From the NCBI GenBank assembly GCA_031554275.1, contig JAVBKB010000023.1:1-53279 (forward strand): 53,279 nucleotides of DNA, read 5' to 3'. Position numbers and translations under genes: made by a program. Every line of letters starts with the position of its first letter. Position 1 is the stretch's first letter. This document shows, one piece after another, positions 41,170-50,937 of this stretch. The DNA is from Bacillales bacterium. GTDB taxonomy: Bacteria; Bacillota; Bacilli; JARBTR01. The notes under the pieces were generated by a model. That model saw nothing but the letters and a program-made list of their open reading frames with translations, searched no databases and was not told the DNA's origin.

Positions 41170-42072
41170 CTATTGAAACAGAACTCCTAAAGCAATAGAA
41201 ATGCGTTTGCTCTCGCTACTATCGGCACGCGAAGTCATGATAATGGGTGCTTTTGCACCGAGCACAATCCCACCGTTTTTGGCATTCGCCATAAAGACGA
41301 GTGATTTATAGAGGATGTTTCCTGCCTCGATATCAGGGCACAACAATATGTCGGCATCTCCACATACTGAGCTCACAACCCCTTTTGTTGCAGCTGACTC
41401 TTTCGAGACCGCTACATCTAGGGCAAATGGTCCATCGATAATAGCACCTGTAAGTTGATTGCAACGATTCATCTGAACAATTTTCTCGTATTCAATTGTT
41501 ACTGGCATCTTTTCGTCGACTTTTTCTTTAGCACAAATTAGTGCTACTTTCGGTTCTGGCAACCCTAACTTGTGCACAGCAGTGATGGCATTCTCAATTA
41601 TTTGTATCTTTCCTTCTAGGTCAGGCGCAATATTCACTGCTGCATCTGTTACAAATAGCAACTTGTGGTATGCCGCCACTTCAAACACTGCCAAATGACT
41701 CAGTTTCCTCTCTGACCGAATCCCAATCTGACGATCCAATACTGCTTTCATAATGACTGTAGTATCAACAAGCCCCTTCATCAGCACGTTTGCTCTTCCC
41801 TGGGAGACCAGTTCAACTGCTTTGTAAGCCGCAGAATTGACATCATCCATGTGTACAATTTCAAATAGCGTCAAATCCATCTGTATTTGATCCGCAATAG
41901 TGCGTATCTTCGCTTCATCCCCCACTAGTATGAAATCTGCAATTCCTTGTTGGTGTGCTTCAGACACTGCCTCTAACACATGGCTATCTTCAGCTACCGC
42001 TACCGAAATAACCGTGTTTTTTTTGATTGTTGATTGACTTACTAATTCTGCGATCGTTTTGATGATAAGCAC
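41170..42072 (-). CDS. ptb: Phosphate butyryltransferase / acyltransferase
   Basis: VAVAED, LMKGLVDT, TDAAVNIAP, DGPFALDVAVS, PDIEAGNILYK and TSRADS motifs. Confidence 0.88.
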   Translation of the reverse strand: MLIIKTIAELVSQSTIKKNTVISVAVAEDSHVLEAVSEAHQQGIADFILVGDEAKIRTIADQIQMDLTLFEIVHMDDVNSAAYKAVELVSQGRANVLMKGLVDTTVIMKAVLDRQIGIRSERKLSHLAVFEVAAYHKLLFVTDAAVNIAPDLEGKIQIIENAITAVHKLGLPEPKVALICAKEKVDEKMPVTIEYEKIVQMNRCNQLTGAIIDGPFALDVAVSKESAATKGVVSSVCGDADILLCPDIEAGNILYKSLVFMANAKNGGIVLGAKAPIIMTSRADSSESKRISIALGVLFQ

Positions 42073-42114
42073 CTCTTCATTTGCTCGCTACTTTCAAGCA
42101 TCACTATTTTGTTC

Positions 42115-42525
42115 TCATTCTATAGTAAAACAAGGTGCCTGCTTCTGCAAATCGTTCGAGTCATATTTACCAGTAAAGCTACTATCCTGCAAATATCGAT
42201 GTAACAGTTTCTCCACCTGATTACGAATATGTGCATGAAAATATTTATGCTTTTGCTCATACCCTCGAATACTAAATGAATAGGCTGTGAACATATCATC
42301 TCTTTCTATTTCAACCACCTTCAATCGCCGCTTTAACAAGAATTGTTGCACTTCGTATTGACTGTTATGCACCTCCTGCCCGACCTGATTCAGCAAGTGC
42401 AAGTATGGTCGCTTAATCTTAAAATGCTTTTCAATTAATTTCTTATCATTTTCTAATGAACTTAATAGCATAGGTAAATAAATCCCTAATTCAAGGGCAT
42501 TCCGTTCTGCTTCAGTCAGCTTCAT
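42115..42525 (-). CDS. YhjD-like hypothetical protein
   Basis: IYLPMLL..LE.D...I...FKIKRPY pattern recalls B. subtilis YhjD; overlaps the upstream YolD-like gene. Confidence 0.6.
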   Translation of the reverse strand: MKLTEAERNALELGIYLPMLLSSLENDKKLIEKHFKIKRPYLHLLNQVGQEVHNSQYEVQQFLLKRRLKVVEIERDDMFTAYSFSIRGYEQKHKYFHAHIRNQVEKLLHRYLQDSSFTGKYDSNDLQKQAPCFTIE

Positions 42526-42871
42526 CAGTAGTCACCTCTTCTAAATCGACTTTGACAATGTCATTCATGGCAATCTTTTGTGTACCTCCACGCAAAAGGT
42601 CGCACACACGCAAAGATTGTTGAATATAGTCACAAGCATGCACTCGGCAAAATAATATTCGATATTGATGGGTTGCGCCATCATAATACCGGATGTTGAC
42701 AGGTGTTTTGCGGGATAGTGACTGATTGAGATTTTGTTCTATTTCCTCAATCTGCTCCTCGGAAAGTAGGATCCGATCCTCATACATTTCCTCTAGCTGC
42801 CAGTTCTTCAGAATGCTATTATGCTCTGGTGTCATAAACCCAAACCACTTGATTAAACCTCTATCCTTCAT
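42512..42871 (-). CDS. YolD-like protein (Y-polymerase accessory)
   Basis: MKDRG.IKW...M.PEH and LSEEQIEEI motifs; AAGGTGAGG RBS before ATG 42871. Confidence 0.85.
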   Translation of the reverse strand: MKDRGLIKWFGFMTPEHNSILKNWQLEEMYEDRILLSEEQIEEIEQNLNQSLSRKTPVNIRYYDGATHQYRILFCRVHACDYIQQSLRVCDLLRGGTQKIAMNDIVKVDLEEVTTDEAD

Positions 42872-43033
42872 TATCCTCACCTTTGTATAAAAATGATTGA
42901 AGACTGACCACAGAAAGGAATATTCCTGCACAGTAAATAAGACTCGGCTTCCTGCACCTAGATTAAGTTCGTCCTATGCACTGACCTTATGGGGGTGCGC
43001 TAACTCACCTGACAGCTAATAAAGCCTTTCTAA

Positions 43034-44305
43034 TTAGGCTTTATGTCCCCCAATAAGGCTGTTTCTGTGTTTCGCTGTTGCATGTTTTGTTGCTGAAACT
43101 GCACGTAATAATGCATCCTTGCCATATCTTTCGCGCACTGCATCCATTACAAAACCCACATCGCGTTGCTTATAATATTTCTGATTAAAAAGATCCATTT
43201 GAAAATGACCATCATCTGTTTCCACATTGGATAATCGTACAAATATCTTTCGTACAGGCAAGCCTGTTTGGTGGTGCTCCTTTAGTAACTGCAAACAGGC
43301 CTCATAAATATCTAGGGTAACATTGGTCAAGTTATCAATGGTATGTGATCGATAAAATCCTTTCTGCGCCGCCCTTTTATTGTAGTTCAGCCCTAAACTC
43401 ACAGTTCGACCGGCAGCCTGCTTTCTTCTAGCTCTGCGCGCTACTTCTTCACACATTTCAAGAATAGCAACCTTTATCTCCTCTAGCTCAAAAAAATCCC
43501 GCATCAGCATTTGACTATTTCCAATACTATGACTTCTCTGATGAGTTGACGATCCTATCTCAGAATGATCTAATCCCCAAGCATGGTAGTAAAGTTGCTT
43601 TCCCATGACGCCAAACTTGCTTTCTAATTTCTTGAGATCATAATTTGCAAGGTCGCCTATACTGTAAATACCAACATCATTCAATTTCTTCTCCATCCGT
43701 GCACCAATACCCCACATCTCACTGAGTGGTGATATTGACCATAACTTGGTCTTTACATCCTCATAAGTCCAACGCGCGACAAAACCGTTGTGAGTCTTCG
43801 CCTCTACATCCAAAGCTACTTTCGCCAACAGCATATTAGGACCGATACCAATACAGCATATTAATCCAAACTCTCTTAGCAAGTCATTCTTGATTTGTTC
43901 TGCCGCCTCTTCTACTGAACCAAAAAGTGTACTTGTACCATCCAAATTGATAAAGGCTTCATCTACGCTATAGATATAGATATCCTTCTGAGGTGCATAA
44001 CGACTGAATAATCTTGAAATTTCTGTTGAAATTCGCAAATAAGTTGCCATCTTAGGCTCCTCAATGCAAATACGTTTATCTGCTGGAATCTCATATCTCC
44101 TCGAACCTGTCTTGATACCAAACTCCTTTTTCATTGCTGGTGAAGATGCCAGCACAACACTCCCTGGGTGATTCTTGCTACCCACTACAGCTAAGTAGGT
44201 CGTCATCGGATCTAAACCCTTTAAGACGCAAGTACAACTTGCATAAAAAGACCGCATATCCACACAAATAATTTGTTGGTGTGGCGCAAGATCATAGTTG
44301 ATCAT
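43034..44305 (-). CDS. Y-family translesion DNA polymerase (UmuC/YqjW/UvrX type)
   Basis: CVDMRSFYAS, YSVDEAF, GIGPNMLLAK and WGIG motifs, QMDLF clamp-binding motif and C-terminal IGGHKA. Confidence 0.93.
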   Translation of the reverse strand: MINYDLAPHQQIICVDMRSFYASCTCVLKGLDPMTTYLAVVGSKNHPGSVVLASSPAMKKEFGIKTGSRRYEIPADKRICIEEPKMATYLRISTEISRLFSRYAPQKDIYIYSVDEAFINLDGTSTLFGSVEEAAEQIKNDLLREFGLICCIGIGPNMLLAKVALDVEAKTHNGFVARWTYEDVKTKLWSISPLSEMWGIGARMEKKLNDVGIYSIGDLANYDLKKLESKFGVMGKQLYYHAWGLDHSEIGSSTHQRSHSIGNSQMLMRDFFELEEIKVAILEMCEEVARRARRKQAAGRTVSLGLNYNKRAAQKGFYRSHTIDNLTNVTLDIYEACLQLLKEHHQTGLPVRKIFVRLSNVETDDGHFQMDLFNQKYYKQRDVGFVMDAVRERYGKDALLRAVSATKHATAKHRNSLIGGHKA

Positions 44306-44394
44306 GGTAATTTCCTTCCTTAATAATGATCCTTTCTGCTATCTGCTCATGCATTTGTGTAGGATTCCTGCACAGACTAATCCCCGGAAAAACA

Positions 44395-44447
44395 CGAACA
44401 TATATTCTAGTGTACTCAATATTAACACGAATATACGTTCCTGTAAA
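44395..44447 (-). promoter_or_regulatory. SOS promoter with two LexA (Cheo) boxes
   Basis: CGAACATATATTCT (44395-44408) and CGAATATACGTTCC (44428-44441) match CGAAC-N4-GTTCY. The second lies inside TTTACA-N17-TAATAT. Confidence 0.8.
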
Positions 44448-44460
44448 TAAATTAATTTTA

Positions 44461-44491
44461 AAAACCTGCCCAGATGTTCTGAACAGGTTTT
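44461..44491 (-). terminator. Terminator after collagen-like gene
   Basis: AAAACCTG...CAGGTTTT hairpin. Confidence 0.65.
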
Positions 44492-44509
44492 AGTTGCATT
44501 ATGCTATTT

Positions 44510-45439
44510 TTACGAAAGTTTTTTTATCAAAATTGAAATACTCACGGTACCTGCAAGTTGACCATCATCAATCACTGCATTCTGTTCTGGATCAACGTTT
44601 CTAAGTGTGAGTGTAACGGGGAGATTTGCAGAAGAGACGATGATTAAAGCTTGACCGTAAACAATACTGGATGCAGATGTTGCTGTATAACGAGTTCCTG
44701 GAAGTTCACAATCACCAATAAACAAAGCCAGTGTGACATTCGCCACTTGTGGTTGTGCATAAAACACGACATCATATAACCCGTTCTGACTTAACAAAAT
44801 TGATGACGGGGCGGTAAAGCTAATACCTGCTGGCAATGGATTTGGAATTGGCATTTGATTAAATTGCACACTACCACCTGGTGCGATTGTTTGCGTACCA
44901 ATATGATAGATATAAGCAAATGTTGCCACTCCTCCTGCTGGACCTTGTTCACCTTGTTCACCTTGTATACCCTGTATACCTTGTTCACCCTGTATACCCT
45001 GTTCCCCTTGTATACCCTGTATACCCTGTTCCCCTTGTTCACCCTGTATACCCTGTTCACCTTGCATCCCTGGTGCTCCCGGCGCTCCTGGTTCTCCTGC
45101 TGCTCCTGCTGGACCTGGTGGTCCCTGCATCCCTGGTGCTCCTGGCGCTCCCGGTTCCCCTGCTGGACCTTGATCACCCTGCGGACCTGCTGGTCCAGTT
45201 TGACAATCACATCGATTGTCCATATCAAAGCTTGTATCTACTTCAGCCGTAGTTTCGGCATCTGTCGCATTCAGGTTCACATCAGAATCAAGTGAATTAC
45301 AAAACATCTCCAAAAGTTGATCGGCAGTTGGTGCTAACTCAGATTCTGGTTCTGGTTCGCTCCGATTTCCAAAAAAGGATTGCCTATTGCCTCGATTACC
45401 TTCACGTTCAAAATCTTCTCTCCTAAAATAAATGGCCAT
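44510..45439 (-). CDS. Collagen-like spore surface protein (BclA-like architecture)
   Basis: 29 consecutive Gly-X-Y triplets followed by a beta-rich C-terminal domain ending SILIKKLS. Start ATG 45439 after AGGAGGTG. Confidence 0.82.
   Translation of the reverse strand: MAIYFRREDFEREGNRGNRQSFFGNRSEPEPESELAPTADQLLEMFCNSLDSDVNLNATDAETTAEVDTSFDMDNRCDCQTGPAGPQGDQGPAGEPGAPGAPGMQGPPGPAGAAGEPGAPGAPGMQGEQGIQGEQGEQGIQGIQGEQGIQGEQGIQGIQGEQGEQGPAGGVATFAYIYHIGTQTIAPGGSVQFNQMPIPNPLPAGISFTAPSSILLSQNGLYDVVFYAQPQVANVTLALFIGDCELPGTRYTATSASSIVYGQALIIVSSANLPVTLTLRNVDPEQNAVIDDGQLAGTVSISILIKKLS
44936..45196 (-). repeat. 9-bp periodic collagen repeat region
   Basis: Encodes GPA/GAP/GEQ/GIQ triplets, including a duplicated [12 protein letters not shown] block. 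Confidence 0.9.
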
Positions 45440-45459
45440 TATTTCACCTCCTGTACAAG

Positions 45460-45487
45460 TATGATATGCCTGGACCAAATTTCTGGT
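45460..45487 (-). promoter_or_regulatory. Putative sigma-K promoter
   Basis: ACC-N16-CATATCATA just upstream of the collagen-like gene RBS. Confidence 0.55.
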
Positions 45488-45541
45488 ACCACACCTGTGT
45501 AAAAACGGCGCAAACCCATAACATTGCAATTTCTTTTCATT

Positions 45542-45578
45542 AAAAAAGTTGAACCAAGAGTTCAACTAGTTCAACTTT
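45542..45578 (-). terminator. Terminator after mta-like gene
   Basis: AAAGTTGAAC...GTTCAACTTT stem with an A tract on +. Confidence 0.6.
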
Positions 45579-45605
45579 ATATGAATTGACCGACATCCAT
45601 CCAGT

Positions 45606-46364
45606 CTACTTCTGGCGATCACAGTAAATTTTCATTGCCTCACTCATAAATGCCGCTAGACCTTCCTGGGATTTATCAATATTTGCGGTGAATCGCGGGT
45701 CCGCAATATACATGTCCGCCAACCCGCGATATATTTCCACTGTGCAATTATAGAAATTGTCGGTAATACTCTGATGATGTGCAGCAATCGCTACCTGAGC
45801 TTCATCAGAAGCAGGTCCTTTGGGCATTGCGGCAACTAAGTTCCCATAAATCACTTCATTTTGCTCATGCATACGACGCCAATCATCTTCGGTATAGTTC
45901 TTCGTACGACGTGCTGACTCCTTGTAAGCATCTGAGTCACCATACTTTTCTTTCGTTTCTGCTTCATATTGCTTTTGATGTTCTTCAATTTTTTTCATAT
46001 CAAATGGTTCAAACATTTTTTTCTTAGACATCTTGACTCCTCCTTGTACCGATTGTAATGTCTCATCAACCGATCGAATAATTTTTTCGAGGCGACTCAT
46101 CTTCAACTCTAACATCTGTTTATGCTTCACCAATGCCTGGGTGCGATCAAAGCTTGGGTGCATAATAATTTGCTTGATTTCTTCTAGCGGAAATCCCAAT
46201 TCTTTAAAAAAAAGAATTTGTTGCAACTTTGCAAAATCCTCATCACTATATTGGCGATAGCCATTAGCAGCTATTTGCGGTTTCAACAAGCCGATTTCAT
46301 CATAATGATGTAGCGTTCGCACACTTACACCAGCTAATTCTGCAACTTGCTTGATTTGATACAT
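45606..46364 (-). CDS. mta: MerR-family regulator with TipAS domain (Mta/TipA-like)
   Basis: VSVRTLHHYDEIGLL.P...NGYR.Y and LQQILFFKELGF.L motifs; C-terminal GLADMYIADPRF. Confidence 0.88.
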   Translation of the reverse strand: MYQIKQVAELAGVSVRTLHHYDEIGLLKPQIAANGYRQYSDEDFAKLQQILFFKELGFPLEEIKQIIMHPSFDRTQALVKHKQMLELKMSRLEKIIRSVDETLQSVQGGVKMSKKKMFEPFDMKKIEEHQKQYEAETKEKYGDSDAYKESARRTKNYTEDDWRRMHEQNEVIYGNLVAAMPKGPASDEAQVAIAAHHQSITDNFYNCTVEIYRGLADMYIADPRFTANIDKSQEGLAAFMSEAMKIYCDRQK

Positions 46365-46383
46365 TTGTTTCACCTCAACAACT

Positions 46384-46414
46384 ATCCTATACTATCACGT
46401 AACGTAAGAGTCAA
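46384..46414 (-). promoter_or_regulatory. MerR-type 19-bp-spacer autoregulated promoter
   Basis: TTGACT-cttacgttacgtgatagta(19)-TAGGAT with an ACGT-t-ACGT dyad in the spacer. Confidence 0.8.
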
Positions 46415-46527
46415 TTCGTTTTAAAATTTTTTTACTTAAATCAGTTTTCACTCGTAATCATTTTTAGAAATCATTCGAGACACCCTAAAGTCACGCTAAA
46501 CAACCTACAACTGTTGGCTGCATCACG

Positions 46528-46788
46528 TTACCCCTTCAAATAGTACTCCATGATCTCATCCACAAGCTCAAACATATCAAACGCTGTGTAATCCCTAGCC
46601 TTTGGGTTATCGTGTACTAACTTCACTGCAGCCTCAAGAAACTGCATCCAGTTTGCAGGGAAACACATCTCCTTTTGAATTTCGACTGCTGTCTTGCCAT
46701 GCACTTTATAAGTGTGCATGAACTTAGAAGAGCGTGTATACTTTTTGTATGCATGGTCTGAATCAAAATCATTTCTGGTTTTTAACAC
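46528..46788 (-). CDS. Hypothetical 86-aa protein
   Basis: GTG start after GAGGGA; fills an intergenic gap; no recognisable motif. Confidence 0.6.
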   Translation of the reverse strand: MLKTRNDFDSDHAYKKYTRSSKFMHTYKVHGKTAVEIQKEMCFPANWMQFLEAAVKLVHDNPKARDYTAFDMFELVDEIMEYYLKG

Positions 46789-46962
46789 CGCGATCCCTCA
46801 TTCTTTTTAAAAAAGCTTGCATATTTGTTGAAAATATTCTATCATTTTTTTCTTGAAGAAAACAAATGAGAAACAAATGAAGTGGAAAAAAATAAATTCC
46901 CACTATATTATTAGTCAGTATTTTTGGTATTCTTATATCATAGCTTGTTAAGGAGGGCAGAC

Positions 46963-47949
46963 ATGGTTACTCGAAAAGGGAAATTAAGAAGACAAAAGAG
47001 GAGAAGAAGGAGATTACTTTTACTTATTCTCGCTATGATTTTAGTACCGATTTTGTTTTTCGGAACGAAATATACAATTAAATTCTTTCAGACAAATGCT
47101 CAAGTCAAGAACGAGCTTAAACGAGGAACTACATCCGAAAAGAGAGACGAAGCAGTGAAAAAGGAGGACCCTTTCTCAATTCTATTGATTGGCACAGACC
47201 AAGCCACCAAGGAGGAAAAAGGTCGTTCTGACACGATGATTATTGTAACAGTTAACCCCAAAAGTGATACTATGAAAATGACTAGTGTTCCAAGAGATAT
47301 GCGCGTGAAAATACCTGGACACAATGACTATTCGAAAATCAACGCCGCCTTCGCAGAAGGTGGTGCCGATCTGACAATTGAAACAATTGAAAATGAATTT
47401 GATATCCCGATAGACAATTATGTGCAAATCAATTTCCAAGGATTTAAGGATATGGTTAATATCTTTGGAGGTATCGATGTCAATAATAAATTTAAATTCA
47501 AAGAATTGTGGTATGACTTCCCTGCAGGTCCATTGCATCTTGATGGCGATCAAGCATTGGCTTATGTGAGAATGCGAAAGTCAGATCCACAAGGAGATTA
47601 TGGTAGACAAGAAAGACAGAAAGAAGCCATTAAAATCATCATGGGTAGGGCTAAGAGCTTTGATTCAATTAAAAACTTTGAGGGAATCATGGACACAGTT
47701 GGAACCAGTGTGAAATCTAGCTACTCCATTTTAGAAATGTGGGATTTAAAAGAAGACTACTCTGATGCTTTGAATAACGTAGAGTCTGTCAAAATCCAAG
47801 CGAAAAGCGCAACTATTAGGGCGCAATCATACGAATTACTCCCATATGATGAGCGTATACGTATCACAGAATTAATTCGTACTCATTTAGATCTCCCATT
47901 AAAGGATCGTAGTACGTATCCAAACAATGATAAAGAGATCGCAAAATAA
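46963..47949 (+). CDS. LCP-family (TagU/LytR-like) cell-wall polymer transferase
   Basis: Arg-rich N-terminus plus TM; ILLIGTD, GRSDTMII, SVPRD, KINAA and ALAYVRMRK.DP.GDYGRQ.RQ motifs. Start ATG 46963 after AGGAGG. Confidence 0.92.
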   Translation: MVTRKGKLRRQKRRRRRLLLLILAMILVPILFFGTKYTIKFFQTNAQVKNELKRGTTSEKRDEAVKKEDPFSILLIGTDQATKEEKGRSDTMIIVTVNPKSDTMKMTSVPRDMRVKIPGHNDYSKINAAFAEGGADLTIETIENEFDIPIDNYVQINFQGFKDMVNIFGGIDVNNKFKFKELWYDFPAGPLHLDGDQALAYVRMRKSDPQGDYGRQERQKEAIKIIMGRAKSFDSIKNFEGIMDTVGTSVKSSYSILEMWDLKEDYSDALNNVESVKIQAKSATIRAQSYELLPYDERIRITELIRTHLDLPLKDRSTYPNNDKEIAK

Positions 47950-48085
47950 GTAGGAACTAAGATATTACTGTGAAAGAAATTGAGCAAAATATACAAATAA
48001 TAATTAAGATCATCCTCGCACAACTAACAGATAATAAGCAGAACGAAACCACTGCACGGTGGCGAATCAACCAAATACCTAGCAC

Positions 48086-48114
48086 AACCAGTAGAAAGCA
48101 ATCTGCTGGTTTTT
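48086..48114 (+). terminator. Terminator after LCP gene
   Basis: AACCAGTAGA-aagcaa-TCTGCTGGTTTTT. Confidence 0.7.
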
Positions 48115-48278
48115 CTTTTGTTTTACAATGGGTGAACCCATGGTTAAACGATATTGTAGTAATATTATCCCCTACATACGAAAACGGAACCTTCCTTATG
48201 GAAAGTCCCGTTACCCCTACGCTTTTTCGATCTCATGTACTCACAGATATTTAGCCTCGAAAAGCAATACGAAGACGC

Positions 48279-49160
48279 TTAGTCAAGATGCTTTCTCACC
48301 CGATCTCTCATGATCATTAATAAATCATTCCGCAAACTGGTATCTTGTAATGCAAAATCTATCGTTGTTTCAATAAACCCGATTTTTTCACCAACATCAT
48401 AACGTTTTCCTTCAAAATCATAGGCATACACTGTTTGTTCTTCATTTAGTTGTTGAATGGCATCTGTCAACTGAATTTCTCCACCTGCACCTACCCGCTG
48501 GTGTGATAGAAAGTGAAAGATTTCTGGACGAAGTATGTATCTTCCCATTATCGCCAAATTAGACGGTGCAGTCCCAGGTGTTGGTTTCTCCACAAAACTT
48601 CGAACACGGTAACGTCTACCCATTTGGTCTACTTGCTCAATTACACCATATCGATGTGTCTGATTCTCTGGTACCTGCTGCACACCAATAATCGAACAAT
48701 TCGTTGCATTGTACTCATCGATCAACTGCTTTAAACAAGGTACTTCAGATTGTACAATATCATCGCCTAGTAGCACCGCAAACGGTTCATTTCCAATGAA
48801 GTTGCGCGCACACCAAACCGCATGACCCAAGCCCATAGGGGATTTCTGGCGAATATAATGAATCTCGACATTAGAAGATTTTTTAACTTTTTCAAGGAGA
48901 TCGAGCTTTCCATTTTCCAACAAGTTTGTTTCTAAGTCGGTAGCGAAATCAAAATGATCTTCAATCGCTCGCTTATTTCTGCCCGTTACAATGAGAATGT
49001 CTTTAATACCCGAATCAATGGCTTCCTCGACAATATATTGAATAGTTGGCTTATCAACAATAGGTAGCATTTCTTTAGGCATTGCTTTCGTAGCTGGTAA
49101 AAACCTCGTACCTAGACCTGCTGCAGGAATAATTGCTTTACGAATGTGCACAAATTTCAC
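48279..49160 (-). CDS. galU: UTP--glucose-1-phosphate uridylyltransferase
   Basis: [32 protein letters not shown] and GEIQLTDA motifs. Confidence 0.96.
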   Translation of the reverse strand: MKFVHIRKAIIPAAGLGTRFLPATKAMPKEMLPIVDKPTIQYIVEEAIDSGIKDILIVTGRNKRAIEDHFDFATDLETNLLENGKLDLLEKVKKSSNVEIHYIRQKSPMGLGHAVWCARNFIGNEPFAVLLGDDIVQSEVPCLKQLIDEYNATNCSIIGVQQVPENQTHRYGVIEQVDQMGRRYRVRSFVEKPTPGTAPSNLAIMGRYILRPEIFHFLSHQRVGAGGEIQLTDAIQQLNEEQTVYAYDFEGKRYDVGEKIGFIETTIDFALQDTSLRNDLLMIMRDRVRKHLD

Positions 49161-49403
49161 CTCAATTCAAAGATGTTACGAGAAGCATCGGGAATCGATT
49201 CGAAATATTTACACGTTATTTAGTGAAAATATTTCAAGCAGTCGACGACCAAAATCGATAAATACACCATGCTTCAAGACGCGCAGGATTTCCTCCGTTG
49301 AAGTCGTTCGCACTTCAAGATGCTAAATAATTGTATGGTTGTGGTTTGTTTTTATTCAGCAAAAAGTGTTAATCGCAAATTTTGTTCTCTTATTCCTTCT
49401 ATT

Positions 49404-49431
49404 AAAAATCGCCAAGAAGATGGCGATTTTT
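49404..49431. terminator. Terminator after the ssb operon
   Basis: AAAAATCGCCA-agaaga-TGGCGATTTTT. Confidence 0.75.
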
Positions 49432-49531
49432 GAGGAGAGGTTACTGGGGGAATTAATGGGGGTTACAACTTATTCGGCAAACTATTACCTGAAAACTGGG
49501 CCTATCTGTCCAAAGTATGCAGCAATTCTAG

Positions 49532-49774
49532 TCAATACTTGAGATAACTTCGTTCTGCAATTTCTTGACAATATATTGTTTCAAACTCTCGAATCTCCCT
49601 GATTAATGAGGTAATTAAATTTTTCATGTGTTTGATTTCAGCATCATGTTTGGCAAGACGACTATTTGCGCTGCCCAGTACTCGAATTAAATTTACAATC
49701 ATATCCTCGCTAGCAATATGCTGTAGCGGTTCTTGACCTTTTTCAAATCTATGGCACATATGAACGTTATTCAT
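49532..49774 (-). CDS. Hypothetical 80-aa protein with coiled-coil tendency
   Basis: ATGA overlap with the ssb stop codon; lies before the terminator. Confidence 0.55.
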   Translation of the reverse strand: MNNVHMCHRFEKGQEPLQHIASEDMIVNLIRVLGSANSRLAKHDAEIKHMKNLITSLIREIREFETIYCQEIAERSYLKY

Positions 49775-50256
49775 GTAGTCACATCCGTTTGTTTGCGATC
49801 TGTATTCTTTTTGAAATCACCTAGCTTATTTGCTATTTTATCGATTTCTAAGCGAGGTAATTCGGTTATTGTGTCTTTGGAAGTCTCAGATTTGATTAGC
49901 TGATCCACAGATTGTATAGCATCTGTCTCTGACTTATGCAATTTGTCCATGAATTGTACATTTTCTGCAACTACCTCTGTAACATAGACAGTGCGCAATT
50001 CTGCATTTTCATATTTTCTTGTAGCAATCCTACCTGTAACACCCACAACTGAACCTTTCCCACAATAAAGTGCTGTCTTCTCAGCAACTTTGCCCCATAG
50101 TGTACATTGCACAAAGTCCGTTTTGTACTCGCCATTTTGGTCCCGAAAGTTCCTAGAAACCGCTAGTGCTACATTCGAAACCGCCTTCCCATCAGGTGTA
50201 TATCTCACCTCTAAATCTTTGGTTAAGCGTCCTACTAGAGTTACTTGATTTAACAT
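49771..50256 (-). CDS. ssbB: Single-stranded DNA-binding protein, SsbB/YwpH-like paralogue
   Basis: OB fold (LNQVTLVGRLTKD, AVSRNF, TDFVQC..WGK.AE, YVTEVVAE); no acidic DDxxPF tail; located after fabZ. Confidence 0.8.
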   Translation of the reverse strand: MLNQVTLVGRLTKDLEVRYTPDGKAVSNVALAVSRNFRDQNGEYKTDFVQCTLWGKVAEKTALYCGKGSVVGVTGRIATRKYENAELRTVYVTEVVAENVQFMDKLHKSETDAIQSVDQLIKSETSKDTITELPRLEIDKIANKLGDFKKNTDRKQTDVTT

Positions 50257-50365
50257 TTTCTCACCTCGTTTCTATTAATGACATCATAAAGAAAGCCACA
50301 CTACTTGTAAAAACAGTATGTTTGCAATTTGAAACCATTTTGGCTGGTAAAATTCGCATGCAATC

Positions 50366-50403
50366 AAAAAGTTCGTAACCTCATTAGAGAAAGTTACGAA
50401 CTT
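50366..50403 (-). terminator. Terminator after fabZ
   Basis: AAGTTCGTAAC...GTTACGAACTT stem with an A tract on +. Confidence 0.7.
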
Positions 50404-50416
50404 CACAAAATACTTA

Positions 50417-50833
50417 TTATTTCAACGCAAAAGTAATTTCCGCTTCACAGGTTACTTCGCCATCCACAGTTGCAATAGCTCTCCCTTTGCCCACAGGTCC
50501 ACGGAGTTTAACTATCTCTACCTCTAGACGTAATTGATCACCAGGAACAACTTGCCGCTTAAATCGGCAACTATCTATACCTGCAAAGAAAGCCAATTTA
50601 CCTTGGTTCTCTTCTTTACGCAATACAATCACTGCTCCTACCTGTGCAAGTGCTTCAACAATAAGCACACCAGGCATGACAGGGTAATCTGGGAAATGCC
50701 CATTAAAAAACTCTTCATTAGCTGTCACATTTTTGATTCCAACAGCTTTTGTATCTGTTACTTCCAATATCCGATCAATTAGTAAAAAAGGATAGCGATG
50801 CGGAATAATTGATTTGATTTCTTGAATGTCCAA
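50417..50833 (-). CDS. fabZ: 3-hydroxyacyl-ACP dehydratase FabZ
   Basis: [12 protein letters not shown] and [21 protein letters not shown] motifs. Confidence 0.97.
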   Translation of the reverse strand: MDIQEIKSIIPHRYPFLLIDRILEVTDTKAVGIKNVTANEEFFNGHFPDYPVMPGVLIVEALAQVGAVIVLRKEENQGKLAFFAGIDSCRFKRQVVPGDQLRLEVEIVKLRGPVGKGRAIATVDGEVTCEAEITFALK

Positions 50834-50937
50834 TAATAACCTCCTAAAAAATCCTCCGATTTGTGGAATGCATGACCATGTTCAAATATTATGTAGCCAG
50901 CTGATAAATGATCTTTCTATGCACAAATCTTCTGGGA

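Noticed and set aside
42115-44305. UmuC/YolD cassette as a sign of a prophage or ICE
   Set aside because: No integrase, relaxase, phage genes or att sites nearby; the flanks are ordinary chromosomal genes.
44791-45295. Overlapping ORFs across the collagen region
   Set aside because: Artefacts of the 9-bp periodicity; only the Gly-X-Y frame has an RBS and a C-terminal domain.
47970-48313. Short plus-strand ORFs between the LCP gene and galU
   Set aside because: They span or follow a terminator and lack an RBS or motifs.
50300-50345. ComK boxes upstream of ssbB
   Set aside because: Only degenerate AAAA-N5-TTTT matches; not supportable.
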